A stretch of 64,000 nt of DNA from a bacterium UBP1_UBA4783. GTDB taxonomy: Bacteria; Krumholzibacteriota; Krumholzibacteriia; Krumholzibacteriales; Krumholzibacteriaceae. A program made the position numbers and the translations under genes. Every line of letters begins with the position of its first letter. Within the stretch, counting starts at the first letter, position 1. Of the stretch, positions 47,205 to 57,960 are shown piece by piece. Where the stretch lies: contig DHHB01000012.1 of NCBI GenBank assembly GCA_002403075.1, positions 13,767-77,766 of the forward strand. Direction: 5' to 3'. Under the pieces are notes generated by a model. It saw only the letters and a program-made list of their open reading frames with translations. It had not been told where the DNA came from and ran no database searches.

Positions 47205-47765
47205 ATGGACGACAAAGACGAAATCGGTTTGAGAATCAAGCAATTCCGCCTTTCGAAAGGGCTTACGCTCAAGGACATCGAGATAAAGGCGAGGGTTTCG
47301 GCGACCCACGTCTCCGAAATCGAACGCGGTATGACCTCGCCGACCGTGGGAGCGCTCGCGAAGATCGCCGAGGCCATGGGAACGGACGTGGCCTATTTCG
47401 TGGAAAAGCAAAACGTCGCGAAGGTCTCCATCATCAACAAGACGAAGCGCAAGAGGATGCAGTTCAAGGATTGGGGAGCGACCTACTACAGTCTCGCCAA
47501 GGATATCCCGAATCCGCGGTTCTCCTTTCTCGAGGTCGAGCTCGAGCCGGGGATCAAACGCCCCGAGGAGACGAGCACGCACGGCGGGGAGGAGTTCGCC
47601 ATCGTGACGAAGGGCGTCATGGAGATCATCATCGGCGACCAGAAATACATTCTCAAGGAAGGGGACAGCATCCATTACAAAGCGGCGAAGCCCCACGCGA
47701 TGCGAAACATCGGCGACGCGAAATGCCGCGCGATCTGGGTCACCCTTCCGCCGTACAGCCTCTAG
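47205..47765 (+). CDS. XRE-family HTH regulator with C-terminal cupin domain
   Basis: GGGGGA RBS. LRIKQFRLSKGLTLKDIEIKARVSATHVSEIERG (HTH_3). The C-terminal HGGEEFAIV...GDSIHY is cupin-like. Confidence 0.75.
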   Translation: MDDKDEIGLRIKQFRLSKGLTLKDIEIKARVSATHVSEIERGMTSPTVGALAKIAEAMGTDVAYFVEKQNVAKVSIINKTKRKRMQFKDWGATYYSLAKDIPNPRFSFLEVELEPGIKRPEETSTHGGEEFAIVTKGVMEIIIGDQKYILKEGDSIHYKAAKPHAMRNIGDAKCRAIWVTLPPYSL

Positions 47766-47799
47766 ACGGCGCCGGCGTGGCATGGAGGAGCATGAATCG

Positions 47800-48363
47800 A
47801 TGATATCGAAGGAAGAGATCGGAAAACGCATCAAGAAGGTGCGCGAGGAGCAGCATCTGACGCTCAAGAACGTCGAGGCGAAGGCGGGGATTTCGGCGAC
47901 CCACATCTCCGAGATCGAGCGCGGCAAGACGTCCCCGACGATCGGCGCGCTCATCCGCATCGCCGAGGCCCTCGGTCGCGATCCCGCGTACTTCATCGAG
48001 GACGCGGAGCTCGACGACGTTTCCTGCGTTTCGTTCGAGGACCGCAAGCCCTGCGCGCTCGAGCGGTGCCCCGGCACGCGCGAGATGCTAACGAAGTCGA
48101 TCCCGAGCGGCAAGATCAACGCGCAGCTCATCACGCTCGCGCCGTCGAAAGGGGCGGATGTCAGGCTCCACGCTCACGAAGGGGACGAGGCCGCCCTCGT
48201 GCTCCAGGGCGCCGTGCGATTCTCCGTCGACGGCGAGCCTCACGATCTCGTCGAGGGCGACAGCATCTACTTCGTCGCGAGCCAGGATCACGGCTACGCG
48301 AACGCGTCCGGAACCGAGCACGCGAAGATGATCTGGTTCGCTTCCGAGCGAAAGGCGGATTGA
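47800..48363 (+). CDS. XRE-family HTH regulator with cupin domain (paralog)
   Basis: GGAGGAG lies 9 nt upstream of the ATG. The table ORF starts at 47782. Same architecture as the previous gene. Confidence 0.75.
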   Translation: MISKEEIGKRIKKVREEQHLTLKNVEAKAGISATHISEIERGKTSPTIGALIRIAEALGRDPAYFIEDAELDDVSCVSFEDRKPCALERCPGTREMLTKSIPSGKINAQLITLAPSKGADVRLHAHEGDEAALVLQGAVRFSVDGEPHDLVEGDSIYFVASQDHGYANASGTEHAKMIWFASERKAD

Positions 48364-48394
48364 GATCCGCCGCCGTCCGCCGTCCCGGTTTTCG

Positions 48395-48427
48395 AGCCGC
48401 CCGCCGCGCGGGCGGCTTTTTTATTTT
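48395..48427 (+). terminator. rho-independent terminator
   Basis: 10-bp stem agccgcccgc / gcgggcggct, 3-nt loop, then tttttatttt. Confidence 0.55.
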
Positions 48428-48430
48428 GTA

Positions 48431-48460
48431 TTGACGGTGCCGGGGAGGCGTTCCTATAGT
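48431..48460 (+). promoter_or_regulatory. promoter TTGACG-N17/18-(C)TATAGT
   Basis: Directly after the terminator and 30 nt before the DUF1844 gene. GGAGG RBS at the start. Confidence 0.45.
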
Positions 48461-48489
48461 CGGAGACGAACCGCGAGGAGGGACCGCCG

Positions 48490-48852
48490 ATGGTATCTGA
48501 AAACGGAGACGAACGAACCGAATTCCTCTTTCACAATCTCATCGCCATGTTCGCGACGCTCGCGCTCCAGCAGCTCGGCAAGCTCGTGAATCCGCTGACC
48601 GGCGCCGTCGAACGCGACCTGCGCCAGGCGCGCATCACTATCGACATGCTCGAGATGATCGGCGAGAAAACGGCCGGGAACCTCTCGGCCGAGGAGCAGC
48701 GCCACCTCGACACCGTGCTCACGGAGCTGCGGATGAACTGGGTGGACGAGGCGAACCGCGGCGGGATCGAAGCGGAAACGACGGGGACGAACACGGACTC
48801 CGCCGCCGGCGGAGCGGACGATGGCACGAAACGTGATACGACGAAAGGATAA
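48490..48852 (+). CDS. DUF1844 domain protein
   Basis: LALQQLGKLVNPLTGAVERDLRQARITIDMLEMIGEKTAGNLSAEE matches the conserved DUF1844 core. Confidence 0.7.
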   Translation: MVSENGDERTEFLFHNLIAMFATLALQQLGKLVNPLTGAVERDLRQARITIDMLEMIGEKTAGNLSAEEQRHLDTVLTELRMNWVDEANRGGIEAETTGTNTDSAAGGADDGTKRDTTKG

Positions 48853-48892
48853 TCCGAACGGCGACACGGGGAACGAGACAGGAGGCAACGGT

Positions 48893-50770
48893 ATGAAACG
48901 AACGGTATGCGCGATCGCCCTGGTTGCGGTGCTCGCCGCATCCGGCGCCGCGTGGGGGCAGGACGGCTGGAAGGGCACCTCCGGTCTGCTCCACGTGGAG
49001 CGAGCCGGCACGGTCGGAAGAGGCGTGCTCCTCTTCTCCCTCGGCACGTCGTACTATACAGCGGACGCGACGCTCACGAAAGGTCCGCGCAGCATGCTCA
49101 ATCCGACCGATTTCGACGAAGCGGACGTCGATTACCATTTCTTCGGTTCCCGCGCGGTTCTCACCTTCGGGCTCAGCGACTACGTCGAATTCGCCGCGGG
49201 TCTCAACGTCCGCAACTGGATCATGCAGGTGCCGGAGGAGTTCGAGGTGAACGACGTGTTCGAGACCCGCACGCGCGGCGGTCTCGGAGACACGGATCTG
49301 CTCCTCAAGCTCTGTCCGCCCGTGCCGTCGAAGTACGTCGCCGTCGGCGTGCTCGGCCACGCGAGCTTTCCGACGGGGCGCGAGGAGGCGGGCTTCACGA
49401 CCGGCTCGACCGATTTCGGCGTGAAGGGGCTTCTCTCGCTGAGCCTTCCCGAGAGCAGAAAGTTCGTTCCGATGAGGCTGCATCTCAACGCCGGGTATCG
49501 CTTCAATAAGAACGAGGACGACGGCTACGGGATCCTCTACGCGAACAACCCCGATTCGACCGGTTTCTACCCGCCCGGCTATCCGAAATCGCCCGACGGG
49601 GAGAGCGACGGATTCAACGACGTCTTTCAGTTCGGCGCCGGGATCGAGTTCCTCGCGAAGGGCTCGAGCCTGTTCGCCGAGTTCACGTGGGATAAATTCC
49701 TGAACGCCGACTTCGAGGAAGGGGACGCCTACTACCTGCCGGGGAACGCGAACGTCTACACGATCACGCCCGGCATAAAGCTGCTCTCCGAGAAAGGCGG
49801 CGGCGTCACCTTCGCCGCGGATATCAACCTCAATCCCGAGGACGACAAGTCCTTCGCCGCCGTTCCCGACTGGGCGCTCTACTTCACGCTCTCGTTCGGC
49901 GGGAACGTACTCCCGCAGGACCGCGACGACGACGGCATCGAGGACAAGGTCGACAAGTGTCCGGACGATCCCGAAGACTTCGACGGGTTCGAGGACACGG
50001 ACGGTTGCCCCGATCTCGACAACGACGGCGACCGGATAAAGGACGCCGTCGACAAGTGCCCCGATCTCGCCGAGGACTTCGACGGGTTCGAGGACGAGGA
50101 CGGGTGCCCTGATCTCGACAACGACGGAGACGGCATCCCCGACCTCCGCGACAAATGTCCGAACGAACCGGAGGATTTCGACGGGGTTCAGGACGACGAC
50201 GGCTGTCCCGACATCGTCGTCGACAGCGACGGCGACGGCATCCCCGACGACGTCGACAAGTGCCCGACGAAGCCGGAAGACATCGACGGCTTCCAGGACG
50301 AGGACGGCTGTCCGGATCCCGACAACGATCTCGACGGGATTCCCGATACGGCCGACCGGTGTCCGAACGAGATGGAGACCTTCAACGGCTACGAGGACGA
50401 GGACGGGTGTCCGGACGAGCGTCCCATCGAGGAGCGCTTCATCCTCCGCGGCGTCAATTTCGAGACCGCCTCGGCGTCGATCACGCCCGATTCCTACACG
50501 ATCCTCGATCAGGTCGTCCGATCGCTCAAGGCGTATCCCGACGTTCGGGTCGAGATCGCCGGTTTCACGGACGACGTGGGCAAGGACGATTACAACATGA
50601 GCCTCTCGCAGAAGCGCGCGGATTCGGTCAAGCAGTACCTCGTGAACGCCGGCGTCGCGGCCGAGCGGATCGAGGCGCGCGGCTACGGAGAAACCAACCC
50701 CATCGCTTCGAACAAGACGGCCGCCGGGAGGGCCGAGAACCGGCGCATCGAGTTCAAGCGGCTGAACTAG
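48893..50770 (+). CDS. OmpA-family outer-membrane protein with N-terminal beta-barrel, ~7 thrombospondin type-3 (TSP3) repeats and C-terminal OmpA domain
   Basis: AGGAGG lies 7 nt upstream of the ATG. Signal peptide. Repeated DxDxDGxxDxxDKCP units. C-terminus ILRGVNFETASASITPDS...NRRIEF (OmpA_C). Confidence 0.8.
   Translation: MKRTVCAIALVAVLAASGAAWGQDGWKGTSGLLHVERAGTVGRGVLLFSLGTSYYTADATLTKGPRSMLNPTDFDEADVDYHFFGSRAVLTFGLSDYVEFAAGLNVRNWIMQVPEEFEVNDVFETRTRGGLGDTDLLLKLCPPVPSKYVAVGVLGHASFPTGREEAGFTTGSTDFGVKGLLSLSLPESRKFVPMRLHLNAGYRFNKNEDDGYGILYANNPDSTGFYPPGYPKSPDGESDGFNDVFQFGAGIEFLAKGSSLFAEFTWDKFLNADFEEGDAYYLPGNANVYTITPGIKLLSEKGGGVTFAADINLNPEDDKSFAAVPDWALYFTLSFGGNVLPQDRDDDGIEDKVDKCPDDPEDFDGFEDTDGCPDLDNDGDRIKDAVDKCPDLAEDFDGFEDEDGCPDLDNDGDGIPDLRDKCPNEPEDFDGVQDDDGCPDIVVDSDGDGIPDDVDKCPTKPEDIDGFQDEDGCPDPDNDLDGIPDTADRCPNEMETFNGYEDEDGCPDERPIEERFILRGVNFETASASITPDSYTILDQVVRSLKAYPDVRVEIAGFTDDVGKDDYNMSLSQKRADSVKQYLVNAGVAAERIEARGYGETNPIASNKTAAGRAENRRIEFKRLN
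49921..50420 (+). repeat. degenerate tandem DNA repeats encoding TSP3 calcium-binding motifs
   Basis: gacgacgacggctg(c/t)ccgga(tc) units recur ~7 times. Confidence 0.6.
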
Positions 50771-50799
50771 CGCGGGGCGGCGGGCGCGCGGAACGCGAC

Positions 50800-50832
50800 G
50801 GGGGGGCGAGCGATCGCCCCCCCGTTTTTTAT
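50800..50832. terminator. bidirectional rho-independent terminator between convergent ompA-like and mazG genes
   Basis: gggggggcg / cgccccccc 9-bp stem, 6-nt loop, followed by tttttt on the + strand. Confidence 0.55.
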
Positions 50833-50860
50833 TCGCGCGCCGGCCGCGGTACGCCGCGTT

Positions 50861-51727
50861 TCAAGAACGCCCGCGGGGCCGGGCCGCGCCCTTCGCCCGC
50901 GCGGAGCGCTTCGACGGCGCCGCCGCGGGGCGGCGTCTCTTGCTCTTCCTCCACAGCGCTTCCATCTCGTCGAGGGTCATCGAAGAGAGATCCGCCCCCG
51001 CGCGGCTCGCGCGGCGCTCGACGTCGTTGAAGCGCCGGATGAACTTCGCCGTCGTCCGCTCGAGAGCGCTCTCGGAATCGATCCCGAACCGTCGCGCGAG
51101 GTTCACGACGGTGAAAAAGAGATCGCCGATCTCGTCCTTGGTCGCCTCGCGCCTTCCGCGGCGAAGCTCGCGCCGCACCTCCGCGATCTCCTCGTCGAGC
51201 TTATCGAGGATATCCGCGCCGTCGGACCAGTCGAAACCGACCTCCGCCGCCTTCCTCTGAACCGCGGCCGCCCGGCGAAGAGGCGGAAGCTTCTCCGGAA
51301 CCGCGTCGAGGAGCGCGGGGGATCGTCTCGTCCTCCGCTCGGCGCGCTTCACGCGTTCCCACTCGGCGAGGCTTTCGGCGCTCGTCCGCGCTTTCGTCGG
51401 GCCGAAGACGTGCGGATGGCGCCGCACGATCTTCCGGTGCGCGCGCGCCACGATGTCCGCCAGCGCGGTCCGCCGCCGCTCGAGGAGGAGCTCGTGGATG
51501 AATACGACGATGAAGAGCACGTCGCCGAGCTCGTCCTCGGCGTCGCGCGGCGTTCCGCTCTTCTCGGCGCGCAGGAGCTCGTACGCCTCCTCGATGAGAT
51601 AGGAGATGATGTCGTCGAGCGTCTGCTCGCGGTCCCACGGGCAGCCGTTCTCGCCGCGGAGCGTGCGGAGGGTTCGCCGCAGCGCGGAGATTTCGGCGCC
51701 GAGTCTCGCATCCGGGTCGCGCGCCAT
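50861..51727 (-). CDS. mazG: nucleoside triphosphate pyrophosphohydrolase MazG
   Basis: [34 protein letters not shown] motifs. 288 aa. The table ORF upstream of this start is antisense to uvrA and was rejected. Confidence 0.8.
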   Translation of the reverse strand: MARDPDARLGAEISALRRTLRTLRGENGCPWDREQTLDDIISYLIEEAYELLRAEKSGTPRDAEDELGDVLFIVVFIHELLLERRRTALADIVARAHRKIVRRHPHVFGPTKARTSAESLAEWERVKRAERRTRRSPALLDAVPEKLPPLRRAAAVQRKAAEVGFDWSDGADILDKLDEEIAEVRRELRRGRREATKDEIGDLFFTVVNLARRFGIDSESALERTTAKFIRRFNDVERRASRAGADLSSMTLDEMEALWRKSKRRRPAAAPSKRSARAKGAARPRGRS

Positions 51728-51934
51728 CGCCGTCCTCCATGATGAACAGCCGCGGTCCATCCTACGCGATGCGCGGGCGGAATACAAGCCCGGGCGCGGG
51801 ATGCGCGGCCCGATGCGCGGCCGAGGGGCGGCGCTCCGAGGCGCCGCGTCGGAAATGAGCCGCGGAAATGCCCGTTGCGGGGGCGCTCGCGAGCTGATAC
51901 ACTGAACGTTTGACCTTTTTGCGGGGGCGAAGCG

Positions 51935-54712
51935 ATGGGCACGGACCGGATCGTCATACGCGGCGCGCGGCAGCACAACCTCAAGAACATCGATCTCGAG
52001 CTCCCGAGACGGCGCATCATCGTCGTCACGGGGGTCTCCGGTTCCGGGAAGTCCTCGCTCGCGTTCGATACGATCTACGCGGAGGGGCAGCGGCGGTACA
52101 TCGAATCCCTCTCGACGTACGCGCGGCAGTTCATCGAGAAGCTCGAGCGCCCCGACGTGGACGACATCGCCGGCATCAGCCCGACGATCGCGATCCGGCA
52201 GAAGAACACGGTGACGAGCGCGCGCTCGACCGTCGGAACGGCGACCGAGATATACGACTATCTCCGGCTGCTCTTCGCCCGCGTGGGGAGGATCGTCTGC
52301 CCGAAGTGCGGCGTCGAGGTGCGGTCGCATACGCCGAGCGAGGCGGCGCTCGAGACCGTCCGGATCTTCGACGGTCGGCTCGTGAACTGCGCGGCGCCGA
52401 TCGGCGCGACGAGCCCCGCCGAGTGGAAGGCCCGGCGGAGCTACCACCTCTCGCGCGGCTTCACGAGGCTCCTCGTCGGAGACGACGTCGTCCGCGTCGA
52501 CGAGTTCTCCCCGGCGGGCTCCGCGAAGCTCGAGCTCGCCGTTCTGCTCGACCGGCTCGAGGCGACGGAGGCGAACCGCTCGCGGATCGCGGAAGCGGTC
52601 GAGCTCGCCTATCGCGAGTCGGGAGCCGTCGACGTTTCGGAGGCGTCCGGCGGCATGCGCCGCCGGTTCACCCAGACCCCCGTCTGCTCGACGTGCGCCG
52701 CCGCCTTCGAGGCGCCGACGCCGCTCCTCTTCTCGTTCAACAGCCCTTCGGGGGCCTGTCCCGATTGCCACGGCTTCGGCGACCGCATGGAGTTTTCGGA
52801 GGATCTCATCGTTCCGGACAAGCGGCGCACGCTCGAGGATCGCGCGATCGATCCATGGTCGCGCGAGCGGTTCATGTATTTCCACCACAAGATGCTCGAT
52901 TTCTGCCGAGGCAAACGCATCCCGGTGAACGTTCCGTGGGTCGATCTTCCGGCGCGCTCGCGCGCGCTCGTGCTCGAAGGAGAGGGGCGCTACCTCGGCG
53001 TCATGCGCTTTCTCGAGAAGCTGCGGGAGAAGAGCTATAAAAAGGGGCACCGGTTTTTCACGAGGAGATACATGGCCTTCACCACGTGCCGCACCTGCCT
53101 CGGCGGACGCCTCAGGCGCGAGGCCTACGACGTCCGTATCGGCGACCGGACGATCCGGGACCTCGGCCGCATGATTCCGGCGAGGATTCTCGACGAGCTC
53201 TCCCGCGTCAGGTTCACGGAGGAGGAGGCCTTCGTCGCGCGCGACGTCATCGCCGAGCTCTCGGCGCGTCTCCGGTTCATGGTCGACGTCGGCTTGGGGT
53301 ACCTCACGCTCGACCGTCTCACGCGCACGCTCTCGGGGGGCGAGGCGCAGCGGATAAACCTCGCGAACTCGCTCGGCGCGAACCTCGTCGACGCCCTGTA
53401 CGTTCTCGACGAGCCCTCGATCGGCCTTCACGCCGCCGACAACGAGCGGCTCGTCTCCGTGCTCCGGCGACTGCGCGAGCTCGGCAACACCGTGATCGTC
53501 GTGGAGCACGATCCGGATATCGTCGCCTCCGCCGACTGGCTCGTCGACCTCGGCCCCGGCCCGGGAAGCCGCGGCGGCGAAGTGCTGTTCAGCGGACCGG
53601 TCGAGGAGGCGCGGACGGCGGACGCGCCGCTCTCCAAAACGATCGCGTGGCTCTTCCGCGGAGGCGCGGGCGGCCGGCGGCGCGGGAAAAAGCGCCCGAG
53701 CGCCGGAGCGATCGAGCTCTCGGGGGTCGCCGAGCATAACCTCAAGGGGATCGACGTCCGGTTTCCGCTCGGCGCCGTGACGTGCGTGACGGGCGTTTCG
53801 GGATCCGGCAAGAGCACCCTCGTCGTCGACGTGCTGCACGGCGTCGTATCGAAGGATCCGCTATCGGCGGCTCACCTGAAGCTCCGCGGCTGGAAGGTCA
53901 CGGGACGCCTCGACCGGGTGATGCTCGTCGACCAGAGCCCGATCGGCGTCTCCCCGCGGTCAAATCCCGTCACCTATATCAAGGCGTTCAGCTTCATCCG
54001 CGACATCTTCGCCGCGGAGCCCCTCTCCCGAAGGCGAGGATACGATCCGGGACGATTCAGCTTCAACAAGGCGGGCGGGCGGTGTTCCCGCTGCCAGGGC
54101 GCCGGATTCCGCAAGGTCGAGATGCATTTCATGGCGGACGTGTTCGTGCCGTGCGAGGAGTGCGAGGGGCGCCGGTTCAACGCGGAGACCCTGGACGTGC
54201 GCTACAAGGGAAAGACGATCGCGGAAACGCTCGACATGACGATCGACGACGCGATCCTCTTCTTCGACGGATCGCCGCAGCTCGGCGAGAGGCTCTGGAT
54301 TCTCTCGAAGGTCGGACTCGGATATCTGACGCTCGGCCAGCCGTCGAACACCCTCTCCGGCGGGGAAGCGCAGCGGATCAAGATCGCCCGCGAGCTCGTC
54401 GATTCCCCCGGCCAGCGCAACCTCTACATAATGGACGAGCCGACGACGGGGCTGCACATGAGCGACGTCGACCGGCTCCTCGCCGTTCTCGACGATCTCG
54501 CCGCGGCGGGGCACACGATCGTCCTCATCGAGCACAACATGGAAGTGATCCGATGGGCCGACATGATCGTCGACCTCGGACCCGGCGGCGGAGACGACGG
54601 CGGGGAGGTTATCGCTTGTGGTCCGCCCGGGAGCATCGTACAATCGGAGCGTTCGATAACCGGCAAACACCTGGCCGCGTACCTCGGGAAGTACGGAGGT
54701 GCTCCCTCATGA
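51935..54712 (+). CDS. uvrA: excinuclease ABC subunit A
   Basis: Two ABC cassettes ([14 protein letters not shown] and [11 protein letters not shown]), Zn-finger cysteines and LSGGEAQRI signatures. Confidence 0.9.
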   Translation: MGTDRIVIRGARQHNLKNIDLELPRRRIIVVTGVSGSGKSSLAFDTIYAEGQRRYIESLSTYARQFIEKLERPDVDDIAGISPTIAIRQKNTVTSARSTVGTATEIYDYLRLLFARVGRIVCPKCGVEVRSHTPSEAALETVRIFDGRLVNCAAPIGATSPAEWKARRSYHLSRGFTRLLVGDDVVRVDEFSPAGSAKLELAVLLDRLEATEANRSRIAEAVELAYRESGAVDVSEASGGMRRRFTQTPVCSTCAAAFEAPTPLLFSFNSPSGACPDCHGFGDRMEFSEDLIVPDKRRTLEDRAIDPWSRERFMYFHHKMLDFCRGKRIPVNVPWVDLPARSRALVLEGEGRYLGVMRFLEKLREKSYKKGHRFFTRRYMAFTTCRTCLGGRLRREAYDVRIGDRTIRDLGRMIPARILDELSRVRFTEEEAFVARDVIAELSARLRFMVDVGLGYLTLDRLTRTLSGGEAQRINLANSLGANLVDALYVLDEPSIGLHAADNERLVSVLRRLRELGNTVIVVEHDPDIVASADWLVDLGPGPGSRGGEVLFSGPVEEARTADAPLSKTIAWLFRGGAGGRRRGKKRPSAGAIELSGVAEHNLKGIDVRFPLGAVTCVTGVSGSGKSTLVVDVLHGVVSKDPLSAAHLKLRGWKVTGRLDRVMLVDQSPIGVSPRSNPVTYIKAFSFIRDIFAAEPLSRRRGYDPGRFSFNKAGGRCSRCQGAGFRKVEMHFMADVFVPCEECEGRRFNAETLDVRYKGKTIAETLDMTIDDAILFFDGSPQLGERLWILSKVGLGYLTLGQPSNTLSGGEAQRIKIARELVDSPGQRNLYIMDEPTTGLHMSDVDRLLAVLDDLAAAGHTIVLIEHNMEVIRWADMIVDLGPGGGDDGGEVIACGPPGSIVQSERSITGKHLAAYLGKYGGAPS

Positions 54713-55683
54713 GAATCCTCGTGACGGGCGGAGCGGGATACATCGGAAGCGTCGTCACCGAGCATCTCCTCGGCGCGAAACACGACGTCGTCGTCGTCGA
54801 CAACCTCTCGACGGGCCACCGCGGGGCCGTCGATCCGCGCGTCGCCTTCCGCGAGGGGGATCTGCTCGACGGCGGATTTCTCGAGCCGGCGCTCGACGGC
54901 GTCGACGCGGTGTGCCATTTCGCGGCCTTTTCGCAGGTCGCCGAGTCGGTCGCCGACCCGATCAAGTATTACCGCAACAACGTCTCGGGCGCCATCTCGC
55001 TGCTCGCCGCCATGAGGGCGAAGGGCGTGAAGTACTTCCTCTTTTCGTCCTCCGCCGCCGTCTACGGGGAGCCGGATTCGACCCCCATCCCCGAGGATGC
55101 CCCGGCGCGGCCGCTCAACGCGTACGGCAACACGAAGCTCGGCATCGAGCGGCTTCTCGCCGATTGCTCCGCGGCGTGGGAGCTTCGATCGCTGGCGCTG
55201 CGCTACTTCAACGCCGCCGGAGCGGGGGAGCGCTGCGGCGAGGATCATCGTCCCGAAACGCACCTCATCCCGCTCGTTCTCGACGTCGCGATGGGAAGGC
55301 GGGACGAGCTCGTCGTCTACGGCAACGACTATCCGACCCCGGACGGAACCTGCGTGAGGGATTACATCCACGTCAAGGATCTCGCGACGGCGCATCTCGT
55401 CGGCCTCGAAAAGCTCGTCGCCGGCCACGCCGGCGTTCTCAACCTCGGAAACGGGACGGGGTTCAGCGTGCTCGAAGTCATCAGGGCCGCCGAACGCGTG
55501 ACGAAGCGCACGGTGCACTACCGGATCGGCGAGCGCCGGCCGGGCGATCCGGCCGTTCTCGTCGCCTCTTCCGCGGAGGCCGAGCGGGTGCTCGGCTGGA
55601 AGCGGTTTCATCCGGGGATCGAGGAGATCATACGGGACGCCTTCGCGTGGAAGAAGCGCCATCCCGACGGCTACGAGTCCTAG
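54709..55683 (+). CDS. galE: UDP-glucose 4-epimerase
   Basis: ATGA overlap with uvr[15 protein letters not shown] Rossmann motif, YGNTK catalytic motif. Confidence 0.85.
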   Translation: MRILVTGGAGYIGSVVTEHLLGAKHDVVVVDNLSTGHRGAVDPRVAFREGDLLDGGFLEPALDGVDAVCHFAAFSQVAESVADPIKYYRNNVSGAISLLAAMRAKGVKYFLFSSSAAVYGEPDSTPIPEDAPARPLNAYGNTKLGIERLLADCSAAWELRSLALRYFNAAGAGERCGEDHRPETHLIPLVLDVAMGRRDELVVYGNDYPTPDGTCVRDYIHVKDLATAHLVGLEKLVAGHAGVLNLGNGTGFSVLEVIRAAERVTKRTVHYRIGERRPGDPAVLVASSAEAERVLGWKRFHPGIEEIIRDAFAWKKRHPDGYES

Positions 55684-55689
55684 AAACCT

Positions 55690-55704
55690 CTGGAAAATTT
55701 CCAG
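55690..55704. other. perfect 15-bp palindrome CTGGAAAATTTCCAG
   Basis: Seen directly in the sequence 7 nt after the galE stop. Confidence 0.5.
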
Positions 55705-55989
55705 CCAGCTCATAATCCGCGCATCCATCGCCGCCGTTTCCGCGTCGATCAGGCCTTCCCCCCGCAGCGGCGGGGTGTGCCATCTAACTGACTTTATAGC
55801 AACGCGTTGAATAGCGCGCTCGCCTTCCCGGCGGGGCGAGCCGAGAGAGGACGGGGGGTGTCGCTCCGTGGCATGTAAGTTGCGTTTTGGCATGGCGAAA
55901 GACGCCTCGCGGGGCCGCATACCCGGCCGGCGCGAACGACGGAACGGGATCGATTCGGAGCGGAGCCGGCCCGCTCGCCCGCTCATGAT

Positions 55990-57960
55990 ATGGAAGAGAC
56001 GCTCAAGATACGGATCCTCAAGGCGGTCGGAAACGACGCCGCCATGCGCGACGTTCTCGTCGAGCTCATGGAGCGCGCGCAGGCGGAGTACTGCGCCTAC
56101 TGCACCTCGCGCGACCGGGAGCTCGTGTATATCCTGTGCGAGAACCGCGAGCTCGGCGGCCGGATTCCGGAAATCCGCGAAAAGGTCCGGGCGAGCTTCC
56201 GCATGTTCACGAACGGATTCGAACCCGAAAGCGACCCGCTCGAGCGGATCATGTATCGAAAGAACGGGCCGAGCGTCGCGTATCTCCTCGGGAATCCGCG
56301 CGTCGAGAGCTATTTTCTCGTGCCGCTCGCGTTCGGCTCGAAGGTGCGCGGCGTGCTCTTTCTCGGAAGCGTTCGGAAAGAGGCGTTCGGCAGGAACGAC
56401 ATCGCCTCGCTCCGCGGGCTCGCCGAGGAGGACGGGGAGCGCTCGCCGCTCGCCTTCCGCATGGGAGGAGAACGCGATCTGCTGCGGCGGCTTCTCGCGG
56501 CGATACCCTCCGGCGCAGCGCTCGTTTCGACCGGCGGCGACATCGTCGCCTCGAACGCGGCGTTCGCCGATACGCTCGGGGTCCGCGACGAACTACCGGA
56601 CACCGTCGGCCGGCTCGGCTCGCTCGCCGCGTTCAACCTGCAGGGCGTGTGGGACGAGCACGAAATACTCCAGCGCGACGTCGTCGACCGCGAGATCAAG
56701 AGGTCGGCCGCGCCGGAGCGCCATCTATCCGTCTCCGTCGTGCGCGTCGACGGTTTCACGGAGGAAGCGGGCTCCCTCTTTCTCGTCAGGGACGTGACGC
56801 GCGCGCGAGAGCAGGCCGAGATGCGCGAGGAGATGATCGCCATGGTGGCGCACGAGCTTCGCACGCCTCTCACCGCCCTCAAGAGCTCGCTGACGATCCT
56901 GGCGGAGGAGGGAGGGTGCGGAATCGGCGAAGAAAGCGCCGCCTCCGGAGATCCGGCCCGGCGCTTCCTCGCGAACGCGGTCCGAACCGCCGAGCGGCTC
57001 GGGATGCTCGTCGACGGGCTCATCGATTCCTCGGCCGCGCGGATCGACGAGCGGCCGCTGCGCATCGAGCGCCGGGACACCGGGGCTTTCATCGAAGACG
57101 CGTCGTCTATCTTCGTGGAGCCGATGAAAAAGAAAGGCATCGATTTCAGGGTGTTCGTCGATCCCGATACGAGCCGTCTCGCCTTCGATCGCGACCGGCT
57201 CGAACAGGTTCTTCAGAACCTCCTCTCGAACAGCGTCAAACACGTGCCTTCGGGCGGCGCTGTATCGATCACCGTCATACCCTGCGCCGGCTGTCCGTCG
57301 CTTCTGCTGCCTCAACCCCTCGTCGGCCGCGTCGGCCCGCTGTCGTTCGCCGATCTCTGCGTCCGCGATACGGGAGGCGGAATGCCCGAAGAAGCGGTGC
57401 GCCGCATGAACCGTTCAATCGAGACGGTCGACCGGCCCGTCCGGGCGTCGCTCGGGCTCGGACTCCGCGTCGCGCAGCGGCTCATCCGCCTTCACGGCGG
57501 ATCGCTCGCCGTCGACGAGGGAACGGTCGGCGGCAGCGCCGTCCATCTCTACCTGCCCGCGGACGAGGCGACGGCGCGCGTCGTCCAGCAATACCGGGCC
57601 GCCGAGATGAGGCTCGAAGAGATGCTGAGCCTCGGCCTCATGCCGGAAGTCTTCTGCATCGAGAACGCCGGCGGAGAGCCGTGGGAGAACGCTCTCTCGT
57701 CCGTGAGAGGCGGAGCGCGGATCGATCCCCGACGGAGCGAACCGCGCGAGGACGGGCTCCTCGTCTGGCCGCTCGACGCCTCCTTCGCCGTCGGCATCGG
57801 CCCTCGGGAGAGCGGGGCTATCGCCCTGCCGGCCGGGATCCGGGCCGGACGATCGATAGCTCGCAGAGACGGAATGAACCTGCGGGAGCTCGTTCGCGCG
57901 TCGTGCGAGGCGCTCGACGCCCACGAGCTCGTTCCCGCCCTGAAAGGAGTGACCGAATGA
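55990..57960 (+). CDS. sensor histidine kinase (GAF/PAS-like N-terminus, HisKA, HATPase_c)
   Basis: H-box MVAHELRTPL, N-box NLLSNSVKH, DTGGGM and GLGLGLRVAQ. Confidence 0.75.
   Translation: MEETLKIRILKAVGNDAAMRDVLVELMERAQAEYCAYCTSRDRELVYILCENRELGGRIPEIREKVRASFRMFTNGFEPESDPLERIMYRKNGPSVAYLLGNPRVESYFLVPLAFGSKVRGVLFLGSVRKEAFGRNDIASLRGLAEEDGERSPLAFRMGGERDLLRRLLAAIPSGAALVSTGGDIVASNAAFADTLGVRDELPDTVGRLGSLAAFNLQGVWDEHEILQRDVVDREIKRSAAPERHLSVSVVRVDGFTEEAGSLFLVRDVTRAREQAEMREEMIAMVAHELRTPLTALKSSLTILAEEGGCGIGEESAASGDPARRFLANAVRTAERLGMLVDGLIDSSAARIDERPLRIERRDTGAFIEDASSIFVEPMKKKGIDFRVFVDPDTSRLAFDRDRLEQVLQNLLSNSVKHVPSGGAVSITVIPCAGCPSLLLPQPLVGRVGPLSFADLCVRDTGGGMPEEAVRRMNRSIETVDRPVRASLGLGLRVAQRLIRLHGGSLAVDEGTVGGSAVHLYLPADEATARVVQQYRAAEMRLEEMLSLGLMPEVFCIENAGGEPWENALSSVRGGARIDPRRSEPREDGLLVWPLDASFAVGIGPRESGAIALPAGIRAGRSIARRDGMNLRELVRASCEALDAHELVPALKGVTE

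Noticed and set aside
51728-53839. Upstream 700 codons of minus ORF 50861..53839
   Set aside because: Only the last 288 codons (mazG, with GGAGGA RBS) look protein-like. The rest is antisense to uvrA.
55868-56797. 309-aa + ORF overlapping the histidine kinase
   Set aside because: It is an off-frame Ser/Arg-rich translation. The kinase frame has canonical H, N and G boxes.
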